A stretch of 64,000 nucleotides of DNA, from contig NC_043009.1 in NCBI RefSeq assembly GCF_006345805.1, forward strand, positions 57,412,001 through 57,476,000, written 5' to 3'. This DNA is from Octopus sinensis. Lineage: Eukaryota. The translations under genes and the position numbers were made by a program. Positions within the stretch are counted from its first letter, which is position 1. Every line of letters begins with the position of its first letter. The notes below the pieces were generated by a model. The model was not told the DNA's origin and searched no databases. It worked only from the letters and a program-made list of their open reading frames with translations. Positions 48,697 to 61,863 of this stretch are shown piece by piece.

Positions 48697-49790
48697 AAGG
48701 CGGCGAACTGGCAGAAACGTTAGAACGCCGGGCGAAATGCATAACCGTATTTCATCTGCCGCTACGTTCTGAGTTCAAATTTCGCCGAGGTCGACTTTGC
48801 CTTTCATGCTTTCGGGGTCGATAAATTAAGTACCAGTAACTCACTGGGGTCGATATAATCAACTTAATCCGTTTGTCTGTCCTTGTTTGTCCCCTCTGTG
48901 TGTAGCCCTTGTGGGTAGTAAAGAAATAGGTATTTTGTCTGCCGCTACGTTCTGAGTTCAAATTCCGACGAGGTCGACTTTGCCTTTCATCCTTTCGGGG
49001 TCGATAAATTAAGTACCAGTAACTCACTGGGGTCGATATAATCAACTTAATCCGTTTGTCTGTCCTTGTTTGTCCCCTCTGTGTGTAGCCCTTGTGGGTA
49101 GTAAAGAAATAGGTATTTTGTCTGCCGCTACGTTCTGAGTTCAAATTCCGACGAGGTCGACTTTGCCTTTCATGCTTTCGGGGTCGATAAATTAAGTACC
49201 AGTAACTCACTGGGGTCGATATAATCAACTTAATCCGTTTGTCTGTCCTTGTTTGTCCCCTCTGTGTGTAGCCCTTGTGGGTAGTAAAGAAATAGGTATT
49301 TTGTCTGCCGCTACGTTCTGAGTTCAAATTCCGACGAGGTCGACTTTGCCTTTCATCCTTTCGGGGTCGATAAATTAAGTACCAGTAACTCACTGGGGTC
49401 GATATAATCAACTTAATCCGTTTGTCTGTCCTTGTTTGTCCCCTCTGTGTGTAGCCCTTGTGGGTAGTAAAGAAATAGGTATTTTGTCTGCCGCTACGTT
49501 CTGAGTTCAAATTCCGACGAGGTCGACTTTGCCTTTCATCCTTTCGGGGTCGATAAATTAAGTACCAGTAACTCACTGGGGTCGATATAATCAACTTAAT
49601 CCGTTTGTCTGTCCTTGTTTGTCCCCTCTGTGTGTAGCCCTTGTGGGTAGTAAAGAAATAGGTATTTTGTCTGCCGCTACGTTCTGAGTTCAAATTCCGA
49701 CGAGGTCGACTTTGCCTTTCATCCTTTCGGGGTCGATAAATTAAGTACCAGTTACGCACTGGGGTCGATGTTATCGACTAAACCCCTCCC
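48697..49790 (+). repeat. SINE-B-derived tandem array: one head + 5.5 units of 183 bp
   Basis: gccgctacgttctgag at 48758, 48941, 49124, 49307, 49490, 49673. Confidence 0.97.
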
Positions 49791-50099
49791 CGCAAAATGT
49801 CACGCCTTGTGCTTTTAGCAGAAAGGACTATTTATTATTCTGCGAGATGGTAGAATCGTGAGCACGCCAGGAAAAATACGATGGGTAGTTTGTTCTGAGT
49901 TCAAATTCTGCCGAGGTCGACTTTGCCTTTCATCCTTTCGTGATCGATAAAATACGTACCAGTTGAGTACGGGGGTTGATTTAATCGACTTATCTCACCC
50001 ACCTCCACGCAAAATCGCTGGTCGTGTGCTGAAATTTGGAGCCAATAATTATTTAAGATTCATTTAGATGTTAAAAATCATTATGATTACTTTTCGTTC

Positions 50100-51085
50100 A
50101 AAAGAATTTTCGTCTTCCTCATTATCTCTTTTACCACCCTTACCATCACAATCGCCATCACCAAAACTACCAGCACCACCACCACCACTACCGGCACCGC
50201 TGCCACCACCAACACCGCCGCCGCTGCCGCCACCCTTACCTATTTCTTTATTACCCACAAGGGGCTAAACACAGAGGGGACAAACAAGGACAGACATAGG
50301 TATTAAGTCGATTACATCGACCCCAGTGCGTAACTGGTACTTGATTTATCGACCCCGAAAGGATGAAAGGCAAAGTCGACCTCGGCGGAATTTGAACTCA
50401 GAACGTAACGGCAGACGAAATACCGCTACGCATTTCGCCCGGTGTGCTAACGTTTCTGCCAGCTCGCCACCCTTACCACCACCACCACCACCACCACTAC
50501 CACCATCACCACCACCACCGCCGCCGCCGCCACCATCACCACCATAGATAGTTCCCAATGTCCTGACTACAGCTACCATCACAACTATCAGTTCATTCAC
50601 CATCTCCACTATCACCACTACTACCGCAATCATCATCATCATCATCATCATCATCACCACCACCACCACCACCACCACCACCACCACCACCACCACCACC
50701 ACCACCACCACCACCACACCACCGCCACCACCACCACCACCACCACCACCACCACCACCACCACCACCACCACTATACACCACTACCACCGCCGCCGCCG
50801 CCGCCGCCATCACCACCACCACCACCACCACCACCACCACTATACACCACCACCACCGCCGCCGCCACCGCCATCACCAGCGCTATCACCACGATCATCA
50901 CTGCATTCATCATCCCCGTCATCACCATCATTGTTAAGCGTTACCATTATCATCGTCAACAGCAAACAGCATGCCGACATCATCATCATCATCATCATCA
51001 TCGTCACCATCACACCACAATCAACACCACGAGCATCATCATCATCATCATCGCCATCATCATCGTCATCATCGCAATCATCAAT
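50100..51085. repeat. (CAC/CAT/CCG)n trinucleotide arrays with a SINE B copy at ~50195-50470 (-)
   Basis: Directly visible. Confidence 0.9.
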
Positions 51086-51389
51086 GTACTTGTTTTAAGA
51101 TAGATGTCCTTGTCAACGTGTCTGGGTCATTTTGTCCTGCCAGTGTTCGTTGACTAAATCTTGCAAGAATGTCGCCGATATATGAATAAACCAATCACCG
51201 CACGAGGACTGGTTCTCCTGGAGAAAAAATAATAAAAAAAGGAAAAAGAAAAAGAAAAAAGAAAAAAAAACAAGAAAAATACCTAATAACAAAAAGGAAA
51301 AACAAAAACATCAAACAATGTCTGATTGAGTAGATGGATTGTGGGATGTTGGTTGTTGCTTTTAAGGCACACACACTTCTACATACATA

Positions 51390-51750
51390 CATATGTACTG
51401 TGTGTGCATATATATATATATTATATATAATATATATATATATATAATATATAATATATATATAATATATATATATACATGCATATACACACATATATAT
51501 ATATAAACACATTATATATATGTATATAAATATATATATGTATATAGATATATGTATATGTACATAAATATATGTATACATGTATATAAATATATGCATA
51601 TATACATATGTATATATATGAGTATATATATGTATATACATGAGTATATATATATGTATATATATGTATATATATATATATATATATATGTATACACATA
51701 CACATATACACACATATATACACATATATGCATATGTCAATATGCGTGTA

Positions 51751-51839
<89 letters not shown>

Positions 51840-51950
51840 CAGACATACAAATATATATATATAAATATATGTATGTATGTATGTAGTATGTATGTATGTA
51901 TGTATGTATGTATGTATGTAGTATGAATGCATGCATATATGCATGCATTT
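51390..51950. repeat. (TA)/(TATG)-rich array
   Basis: Directly visible. Confidence 0.95.
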
Positions 51951-52236
51951 GAAAAAATGGGAAAGAAAGGCATTTTTGATAATTTGTTCTTCTTTGATAA
52001 ATTAGACGTTTACAAATCGTTGGCTGTCTGAGAATGATTTATAAACATCTAATTATTAAAGAGGAAACATTATAAGAAAAGCTATTCCTATGCATTTCTT
52101 CAAATATATAATACTGTAGCAAGGACATTGTATTTTCATGTTTACAAATATATTACATGTATATGTACGTAAGTATATATATTTGCGAAAATACAGACGA
52201 AGATAAAATCAAGTCACACGCATATACGCACACAGG

Positions 52237-52315
<79 letters not shown>

Positions 52316-52351
52316 GTCTGTCTGTCTGATGTCTGTCTGTCTGTCTGTCAA

Positions 52352-52383
<32 letters not shown>

Positions 52384-52576
52384 CTTACCTGTCTGTCTGC
52401 CTGTTTCCCTCCTTGCCCCTTCCACTCCCTCTCTCGTCCCCCTCCCTGCCTGCCTGCCTGCCTGCCTGTGTGTCTGTCTATCTATCTATCTAGCTATCTA
52501 TCTATCTAGCTATCTATCTATCTATCTATCTATCTATCTGTCTGTCTGTCTGTCTCTCTCTCTGTCTCTCTCTCTA

Positions 52577-52607
<31 letters not shown>

Positions 52608-52650
52608 GTCTTTCTGTCTGTCTGTCTGTCTCTCTCTCTCTGTCTCTCTC

Positions 52651-52696
<46 letters not shown>

Positions 52697-52713
52697 AAAC
52701 CAACTAACTAGGT

Positions 52714-52778
<65 letters not shown>

Positions 52779-52780
52779 GT
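52237..52780. repeat. (TATC)/(TGTC)/(TC)/(TA) array
   Basis: Directly visible. Confidence 0.95.
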
Positions 52781-53627
52781 ATGTTGTGTTTATGACAGTC
52801 CGATATGCATTATTAGAGGTTCGTAATCAAGCGACGCCTTCGTCAGCTATCCTGCCAAGATGCAGAAAGAAGTCCGTGTAGATTGCTCTGCACTTTGATA
52901 CGCATCTATAACTGCCGGAACCCTCGATGGACTGGACCTACCGAAATACTTTGTTGTGGAAAAGAAATAGAATACAAAAGCTCGAATTACTAAAATCAAC
53001 ATCGAGCATTGACAGAATTTCATAATTAAGTCATTAATTTAGGGAAATTAACTGTAATGATAATTATATGGATAAATATTTTATAGTTATATCCTAAATG
53101 CTTTTTATTGGCGTATCTAAACATGAATGTGTGTGTGTGTGAATGTGTGCATATATGTGTATATGGTGTGTGTCTGTGTGCGTGCGTGAGTGTGTGTATA
53201 TATCTATGTATGCGTGTTTCTCTGTGTGTGTGTGTATGCATGTGTGTGCTTCTGTGCATGTGTATGTGTGTGTAAGTATATGCGTGTGTGTGCACGTGTA
53301 TGCATGAATGCATTCATGCATGTATGTATGTATGTATGTATGTATGTATGTATGTATGTATGTATGTATGTATGTGTGTATGTATGTGTGTATGTGTGTG
53401 TGTGTGTGTTCTAGCATTCGGTCGTGAGGCCTCGGATCGATACTTCAAGAGTTTGGGGTGAATGAGGTTACTTCTTAGTCAGCACTACTCGAAAGACTAT
53501 TCTGGTGCAGGTTGGCAGTACTTGTCAAAATGCCCCAGATACAGGTCCCATAATAGAAGATTGTCATACAGGACGCAGAAGAAGATTGGTCCTCTCGACA
53601 CGTATCACACAGTATCACTGGTGTGTG

Positions 53628-53661
<34 letters not shown>

Positions 53662-53846
53662 ATATGCCATGACGCCTGAACCAGTCCCCATGCTCAAGGA
53701 TTAAATAAGCACCATATATAAATGATTACTTCAGGAGAGCAGGAGACTAGCAGAGTATATTGTAAATAAAGGGTTAGAAAAACCAATGGGAAACCACTGA
53801 GGTATATTCAGCTAACCGACCAAAATAAATCTTCAGGCTTTTGTTC

Positions 53847-54072
53847 GAAGGCGGTGAGCTGGCAGAAACGTTAGCACGCCGGGTGAAATGCTTAGCGGTA
53901 TTTCGTCTGCCGTTACGTTCTGAGTTCAAATTCCGCCGGGGTCGACTTTGCCTTTCATCCTTTCGGGGTCAATAAATTAAGCACCAGTTACACACTGGGG
54001 TCGATGTAATCGACTTAATCCGTTTGTCTGTCCTTGTTTGTCCCCTCTGTGTTTAGCCCCTTGTGGGTAGTA
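53847..54072 (+). mobile_element. SINE family B monomer, well preserved
   Basis: gaaggcggtgagctggcagaaacgttagc...gagttcaaattcc...ccccttgtgggtagta. Confidence 0.92.
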
Positions 54073-56649
54073 TAGCCCCACCCACATACATATAGAAGCA
54101 TCAACAGTAAGGCTAAAAATTTAGCTAGCGATTTAGAGATAGGTGACAGGGTAGAAATCCTAGCTGAAAGAAACGCTTTCATCACTGTAAAAGACCACAA
54201 ACCGAACTTTGCCTCTAATCCTAAGTGCCAAATCCGAGATCAACCCAGCCAAATCCAAGATCGGTATGGCGAGCAAGCATATTTTGCGAGATATCAACCA
54301 CACCATAAGAAGGGTCACTAACCTCTTCTTGTGATGCAGTACCAGCGAAGTGACCGCATGGTTTAACGCCAACAAGGGTAGAGGCAGAGCAAGGTTTACC
54401 CAATTTGATATAATCGATTTTTACCCGTCTATAGCGAAAGGGTTACTGACGTAAGCGACAGCGACATAGAAATCATTATGCATGCCAGGAAGACAGTACT
54501 GTTCAACAATAGTTCGGCGTAGGTCAAACAGCCCGACCCCACGGGTTCCTTTGATGTAGCGATGGGAGCCTACGACAGTGCAGACGTGTGCGACCTTACA
54601 GGATTGTACATCCTGGATACTCTTAGGAAAAAAGTTCTCCTTGTTCTCTTTGGCCTCTACAGGGATGACGCCCTGGCCATCTTTAGGGGAGCAAGCGGCC
54701 ACACACTAGATAATCACAGCGGACTTCTGATATTTCACGCTGGACTTGGGCTCCAGTACCTACAGGCCCTACCGCAAACCAAGCGAGAGGCTAACATACA
54801 TCAACACAACCTCATGCAACCTACCTATCGTGTTAAAAAATCTGGTAAAGAGCATCAGTAAGAGGATTTCGAGCCTTTCTTCTAACCAAGCGGCCTTCGA
54901 CGCGGCAGCCCCATATTATAACGTGGCCCTAGCAGCAAGCGGGTTCAAGGACCACATCTTCTATATGCCAGAAACCAACACCTGCAGAAGGAAACGCCGC
55001 AAGGATACAAATTTAGTTTGCCCTAACGCTCCCTTAACACTTTAACGCTCGTAGGTAGACTTTTCCTTAAGTTAATAGACAAATACTTTACTAACTCCCA
55101 TAGGTACGCCCCGATTTTCGACAGGCACAACCTTAGGGTCTCGTTTAGCTGTTCCCCTAACATTAAGAGTATCTTAGTTAGTGCCCCTAAGCAACGGGGA
55201 GAGGCGGGTTGTTCACGCAGGACACGCAGCAGTTACCGAGTAGAAGGCCGCTGTGAAACCAAATGCGTCGTCTATCAGGTCGAGGTACGGGCGAACCCGG
55301 CCAATTTCACCGGCAAAAACCGTAACAGCCATAGCAGCCGTAGACACGAAGGCAGCGCCAACAACAGAGCTAACATCACCACCACCACCACAGCGAACAG
55401 CCTTACCGAAATTAACAATAGTAGCACCAGCAGTGCCCACTACATTCCTGACTGCACCGCCACCATCACTAGCATCGACCACAGTGGCGTCGCCTCCAAA
55501 ACCAGCCTTACTAATAAATAGCAGGCAGGACTACAAACCCACTGACAGCTCTCATTCCAGCAGTGACAGGACCAAACTATATTGGCCGCAGCACCAACAA
55601 CAGCAGCAGCAGCAGCGCCCCTAACAGACGCACCGGCCTAGACGTGAATAATGGTAGCCCTGTCAACGAGAATGGCAACCCACCCCCACCACCAGGGAAA
55701 TTGCAATAATAATGAGAATATCAAATATTGTAACACTTTCGCCTACAGCGTTAACATCGATGGCGCCCCCTCCACCTCCGGTTATAACACTACCAATGCC
55801 ATCTCCACCCTCACCCCTGCCAACACCAGCACCAACTGCACCAGCATTATCGTCGTCGAAGAAAACTCCAGCAGCAACAACAACAACAGCAGCACCAACG
55901 TCGTCGACCCCAGCAACATTATCATTGACAGCACTAGCAACAACAACAACAACAGCAGCAGCAACATCGACCATAACAGCAGCAATAGCAACAATAGCAA
56001 CAACAGCAGTAGCAATAACGGCGGCAGCACCAGCATCGTTCGGCTTAATAACACTGGCGCATGTGCCAACGGCAACACACGCAGAAGCAGAGACACTTCT
56101 GACGCAACCATTCCCAACAGCCCCAGGGCCCAGCACCAACAGAATCAACACCATCGCCGGCACCAGCAACAAACAACAACACTGACAGCAGCAGCATTGG
56201 CAGCTACAACTGCAACAGCAGCAACAACAACAGCAGCAACAAGAGCAACACCGACAGCAACAGCAGTAGTAGCAGCAGCAACATCAGTAATAGCAGGCAC
56301 GGCACCGACTCCACGCATCCAAGTAAATACATCGGATGCACGGGAACCTCCTTCAAGAAACGTTTCGCCAACCATAGGTCCTCCTTCAGGATCCCAGAAA
56401 GGAAATATGTAACAACACTGGCCAGTCATATCTGGCAACTGAAGGAAGACGGAATTCCATACTCGATATCATGGAAAATACTCCACCGTCCGGGTCCGTA
56501 CATAAATGGAACGAAACGCCGTAGGCTATGCATAGCCAAACGCATGGAAATCCAGAAAAAGCGCGAACGTACCAGGGAACATACTAAACTCCAGAACGGA
56601 GATTTTCGGGCCGTGCTTGCATTTCAGGAAATTCCTATTAGCGTTTTGA
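54073..56649 (+). mobile_element. Penelope-like element: 5'-truncated RT + GIY-YIG pseudo-ORF
   Basis: AFITVKDHKPNF; INPAKSKIG; QFDIIDFYPSI (54401); FDVAMGAYDSADVCDLTGLYIL; GLYRDD (YRDD at 54658-54669); YRPYRKP; CETKCVVYQVEV (VVY 55267-55275); KYIGCTGTSFKKRFANHRSSF (YIG from 56328); TLASHIWQLK...LNSRTEIFGPCLHFRKFLLAF*; stops, frameshifts and deletions. Confidence 0.92.
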
Positions 56650-56923
56650 GAACTGCATAATAACGATAATAGCGGTATTAGCGATAATATTTACTCCACG
56701 GCTGAAAATTGATTGCTGATGAGAGTGGGAGATAACCCCCATTGTTTATATCTGAAAGAAGGCCACGAATGACCCGTCCTTTTTTTCTCTGCCCCTTTAA
56801 TTGTTTTTTCTGTCCGCCTTTGTATCGTCTATCTGTCCAGAAGTTTTATTGTCTTCTATTGGGATTTTATTCCATATTTTATATTTATATATATAGCGGC
56901 ATACGTACACTTTTGCTCACCTA

Positions 56924-56992
<69 letters not shown>

Positions 56993-57184
56993 AATGTGAG
57001 GATAAAATTCTTTTCGAAATTTATCGGTCCGATATGGTAATAATGGAATTTTTTAGAGATTTCTGTCGACCTTTTTTCGAGTAGCGTGCGTATTGTGAAA
57101 AAATCATATGGTTAATGGAAAATATGTCCAATTTTTCGGCATATTTGGCATTAGAATTTTTTTCTTTTGCCCTCATTTATGAAT

Positions 57185-57248
<64 letters not shown>

Positions 57249-57269
57249 CACATTTATATATCATGATAG

Positions 57270-57442
57270 ATCGGTAGCCACTACACACATTTTTTTCTCT
57301 CCTTGTTTCTCTCCTTGAATTTTTTTCTGTGTCCCTTTCTGTAGAAGAGCGTAGGCTCGAAACGTAAAAGACTTTTTCAATTCCTGAACGTTATACTAAT
57401 ACATCTATTTGTTCTCTACACCACCTGTCTTCGTCTTTTTTT
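57270..57442 (+). mobile_element. Family F copy
   Basis: CTTT-CTGTAGA-A-GAGC(GTAG)GCTC-GAAAC-GTA-AAAG at 57335-57370; ends gaactctccc|TATATATG. Confidence 0.72.
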
Positions 57443-57456
57443 TCGTGAACTCTCCC

Positions 57457-57490
<34 letters not shown>

Positions 57491-58214
57491 TGTATGTATG
57501 TATGTATGTATGTATGTATGTATGTATATCCGATGCGGCAAATGTATTTATTCAGTGTTCATCTGATAAAATGATAGAGTTTTAGGTTTTGTTTAATGTA
57601 AAGTTTATAGGTTGATCGTTATATTTATTGACCATATTTTGTCCGGCGTGTTTTTAAACATTCTGCCAGTTCTTCGTCGCCTTGAAATGTGTTGTTACAA
57701 TAAACGGAGCAGAGGAGTAATGCACATCAAGCAACAAAACAATCATAAATTATTAAACAAACAAAAAACGTTTCGTCTGATGAAATGTTTACATTAAAAT
57801 TATTCAAAGGAAATTACTGTTGCTGACCACACATAACTGTTTGTTTTATAACTGACAGTGTGAGAAAATAAAAGATTTATACAATTTTTTTTGTAAATAC
57901 CGGAGGAAAAGATATGGTGCTATATAAATTCATGATGTCTTTAATAACCAAAGCTTAAAATTATGTATGGCAGTTTAATAGTTCTGTTTTGACCATTATT
58001 TAGGAAAAACCGATTTCAATGAATAATATAATTCTCTCTACCTCGGTTATTATTCGAGGACGAATAATATGAAAGATTGTGAATAATATGAATAATATGA
58101 AAGAAGCTATGATAGTTGAATTCTTCAATAAATGAGTTGAACTTTCAAATTTAGCTCAATACTCTTTACGATAAAATACAATCAAGAAATTATAGTAAAA
58201 TATGAATTTAAAAC

Positions 58215-58615
58215 TTTGGCACAAGGCCAGCAAGTTCTGGGGAAGGGCAAGTCGATTACATCAATCTCCAGTGTTCAACTAGTATTTATTTAATCGACGC
58301 CGAAAGGATGAAAGAAAGGCAAAGTTGACCTCGGCGGAATTTGAACTCAGAACGTAGCGGCAGACGAAATACCCATTTCTTTACTACCCACAAGGAGCTA
58401 AACACAGAGGGGACAAACACGTTCAGACAAATGGATTAAGTCGATTACATCGACCCCAGTGCGTAACTGGTACTTAATTTATCGACCACGAAAGGATGAA
58501 AGGCAAAGTCGACCTCGGCGGAATTTGAACTCAGAACGTAGCGGCAGACGAAATACCGCTAAGCATTTCGCCCGGCGTGCTAACGATTCTTTTCTACTCT
58601 AGGCACAAGGGCCGA
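58215..58615 (-). mobile_element. SINE family B multimer
   Basis: Family B units in tandem. Confidence 0.88.
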
Positions 58616-58905
58616 AATAGCAGTAGACTACTGCTATTTCGGCCGCTGAACATTTTCACAATTACAGCCAACGAATCTAGTCAACGCACAAGACAGCCAT
58701 TATGCTCCCCACACACACAAAATACCACCACGTGGACTCTGTTGAGACTAGTAAGAAACAATTATGAACTTTTTTATTACACTCAACTTTAAAAAATATT
58801 TTTGGTAAGTTTCGTTTTTTTTTTAAGAAGGACCGAAACATGTAAAATCTCTAAAAAAATTAAAAGTTAACTTATATAGTGGCGTTTTCAAACTTATATA
58901 TATAT

Positions 58906-59151
58906 AAAGACCCCCTTCGGTCATGAGTGACCATGGGTTTGCACCTAGAGAGTAACCCTCTGAGGCACAAGTCTGGGCAAGGTTGTTTTATGGAAGACCA
59001 GCAGTCGCCCATGCATACCGGCCTCCCCTCTCCACGCCACCGATGTTATCCAAGGGAAAGGCAAAGGGGCCGATACAGCTTGGCACCTGTGATGTCGCAA
59101 CTCATTCTACAGCTGAGTGAACTGGAGCAACGTGAAATAAAGTGCCTTGCT

Positions 59152-59153
<2 letters not shown>
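58906..59153 (-). mobile_element. SINE family E, 5' truncated at (AT)n
   Basis: aaagacccccttcggtcatga...ctgagtgaactggagcaacgtgaaataaagtgccttgctcaa. Confidence 0.85.
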
Positions 59154-59232
<79 letters not shown>

Positions 59233-59364
59233 TGTTATGATTTTGTTTAGGCATAGAGATACCAATAAGCAGTTGTTAGAACTCAATCTATCGTTTATGT
59301 ATTTGGTTCGCGACTGGCTTACAAGAACATACACGGACTCAAATACTGAGATTAAAGACTTTTC

Positions 59365-59415
<51 letters not shown>

Positions 59416-59420
59416 TGTGC

Positions 59421-59453
<33 letters not shown>

Positions 59454-59540
59454 TGTATGTATGTATGTGTGTATGTATGTATGTATGTATGTATGTATGT
59501 ATGTATGTATGTATGTATGTATGCATGTATGTATGTCGTA
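59150..59540. repeat. (AT)n, (TG)n and (TATG)n tracts
   Basis: Directly visible. Confidence 0.9.
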
Positions 59541-59799
59541 CGTATGAAGGAGCCTCGATCTAACTGTTTAGAAACTGACTAAATCCCAACGTATCACACA
59601 CCGCCATCTTAAAATAGATAAACCCGAAAGAGATTTTGGAAATTTTAGTCTAGGATGTTGTTCGAAGTAGGTGGCTTTTTTAATCATGGCACTGTCCAAT
59701 CAGAATCGAGGTAGTGCTAGAGAAGAAGAAGTAGAAGTAGAAGAATAAGAAAGAAAAAGGAGAAGAAAGAAGGAGGAGGAGAAGAAGAAGAAGAAAGAA

Positions 59800-60427
59800 A
59801 ACTCTTTTACTTGTTTCATTCATGTGACTGTGGCCATGCTGGAGCACCGCCTTTAGTTGAGTAAATCAATCCCAGGACTTATTCTTTGTAAACCTAGTAC
59901 TTATTCTATCGGTCTGTTTTGCCGAACCGCTAAGTTACGGGGACGTAAACACACCAGCATCGGTTGTCAAGCGATGTTGGGGGGACAAACACAGACACAC
60001 AAACATATACACATACATACATACATACATACATACACACATACATACATACATACACACACACAACACACACATACACACATATATATAAATGGTCAAA
60101 ACTCAGGCAGGAACTTAGTTTGATTTGAAAACCCCACTAGAATGGGAGAAAGCGCTAATGATCTAAGTGATATGATATATATATAAAATGTAATATACAA
60201 ATAAATAAAAACCATCCGATCTTCTGAGTACCTCATTTCTTCTAATATATATATATATAGATATATATATATATATATATACGACAGGCTTCTTTCAGTT
60301 TCCGTCTACCAAATCCACTCACAAGGCTTTGGTCGGCCCGAGGCTATAGTAGAAGACACTTGCCCAAGGTGCCACGACTGAACCCGGAACTATGTGGTTC
60401 GTAGGCAAGCTACTTATCACACAGCCA
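59800..60427 (-). mobile_element. SINE family A split by an insertion in its internal microsatellite
   Basis: 3' half at 59800-60070, 5' half at 60280-60427. Confidence 0.8.
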
Positions 60428-60689
60428 AAAGAAAAAGGAAAAGGAGAAGAACAAAAAAGAAAAGGAAGGAGAAGAACAACACGTATCTATAGGTAAAGTT
60501 TAGAGATTATGGAACTGGATGACGATATTTATGTGTTGTCATGGCAACTGTAGAACTAAGTGGATTTGGCAAAGGTGACAACGGAATGACGGAGGGTGAG
60601 GCCGGGAAGGAGCGCTAAGTAGATTTGCTGGCGTTGACGACAGTACTGATTAGAATCGTGTAGTCGTAGCCGCTGTGGTGTTGTTGTGG

Positions 60690-61093
60690 TGGGAGGAGAC
60701 GCAGTATGGTGGTAGTTGCGTTGGTGGTAGTGGTCGTCGTCTTTGTGGTGGTGGCGGTGATGGTGGTGGCGGTGGTGATGATAGTTGTGGTATGGAGGAG
60801 GGTGGTGCTGGTGGTTGGTAATGAGTGACGATGGGAAGTGGTGCTTGTGGTGGGGATGTTGGCGGTGGTAGCGGTGGGAGAGGATTGACTGTGGTGGTAG
60901 CGATTATGTTGGTTGTAGTAGTGGTGGTGGTGGTGGTGGAAGTAGTTGCGTTGGTAGTGGTGGTCGTGGTGGTAGTGGGAGTTGTGGCAATGGCGGTGGT
61001 TGTGGTGGAATGGATGGTGTGTATGCAGGTGGTGAAGAGAGAGAAAAGGTGAAGAGAAGGGAAAATAAAAAGGAGAGAGGAGAAGTGAAAGAG

Positions 61094-61150
<57 letters not shown>
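60690..61150. repeat. (GGT)n-rich array and (GA)n
   Basis: Directly visible. Confidence 0.9.
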
Positions 61151-61154
<4 letters not shown>

Positions 61155-61800
61155 GGACAGACAGACGGATTAAGTCGATTACAGCGACCCCAGTGCGTAA
61201 CTGGTACTTATTTAATCGACCCCGAAAGAATGAAAGGCAAAGTCGACCTCGGCGGAATTTGAACTCAGATCGTAGCGGCAGACGAAATACCTATTTCTTT
61301 ACTACCTACAAGGGGCTAAACACAGAGGGGACAAACAAGGACAGACAAAGGGATTAAGTCGATTACATCGACCCCAGTGCGTAACTGGTACTTAATTTAT
61401 CGACCCCGAAAGGATGAAAGGCAAAGTCGATCTCGGCGGAATTTGAACTCAGAACGTAACAGCAGACAAAATACCGCTAAGCATTTCGCCCGGCGTTCTA
61501 ACGTTTCTGCCAGCTCGCCGCTGGGATTACACCGATTCTGTCAGCTCGCTGTTTTCATAATAAATAATTTCTTTCTAATTTTGGCACAAGGCCCGCAGTT
61601 TTGAGGGAGATGGGCAAGTTGATTACATCGATCACAGGACTTGACTGGAACGCAATTTACGGACACCCCGAAAGAAAGAAAAGCAAAAGTCAGCCGCCTC
61701 GGCAGTATTTGAACTCAGAATGTAAAGCCGGAAGAAATGCCGTCAAGCACTCTGCCCGACGTGCTATCGATTCAGTCAATCCACCCTCTTAACAACAACA
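61155..61800 (-). mobile_element. SINE family B dimer plus a degenerate copy
   Basis: Family B motifs. Confidence 0.88.
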
Positions 61801-61821
61801 ACAACACAACAACAACAACAA

Positions 61822-61863
<42 letters not shown>

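Noticed and set aside
48752-49759. 335-aa ORF with 61-aa repeats
   Set aside because: Antisense translation of the 183-bp SINE array; the unit length is a multiple of 3 and happens to lack a stop. No coding evidence.
48697-49790. CRISPR-like regular array
   Set aside because: No unique spacers, units are SINE-derived, the context is eukaryotic, and there are no cas genes.
56716-56758. CTGATGA...GAAAG downstream of the PLE ORF
   Set aside because: The position fits a pLTR ribozyme, but stem II does not close onto GAAA and stems I and III are absent; too decayed to call.
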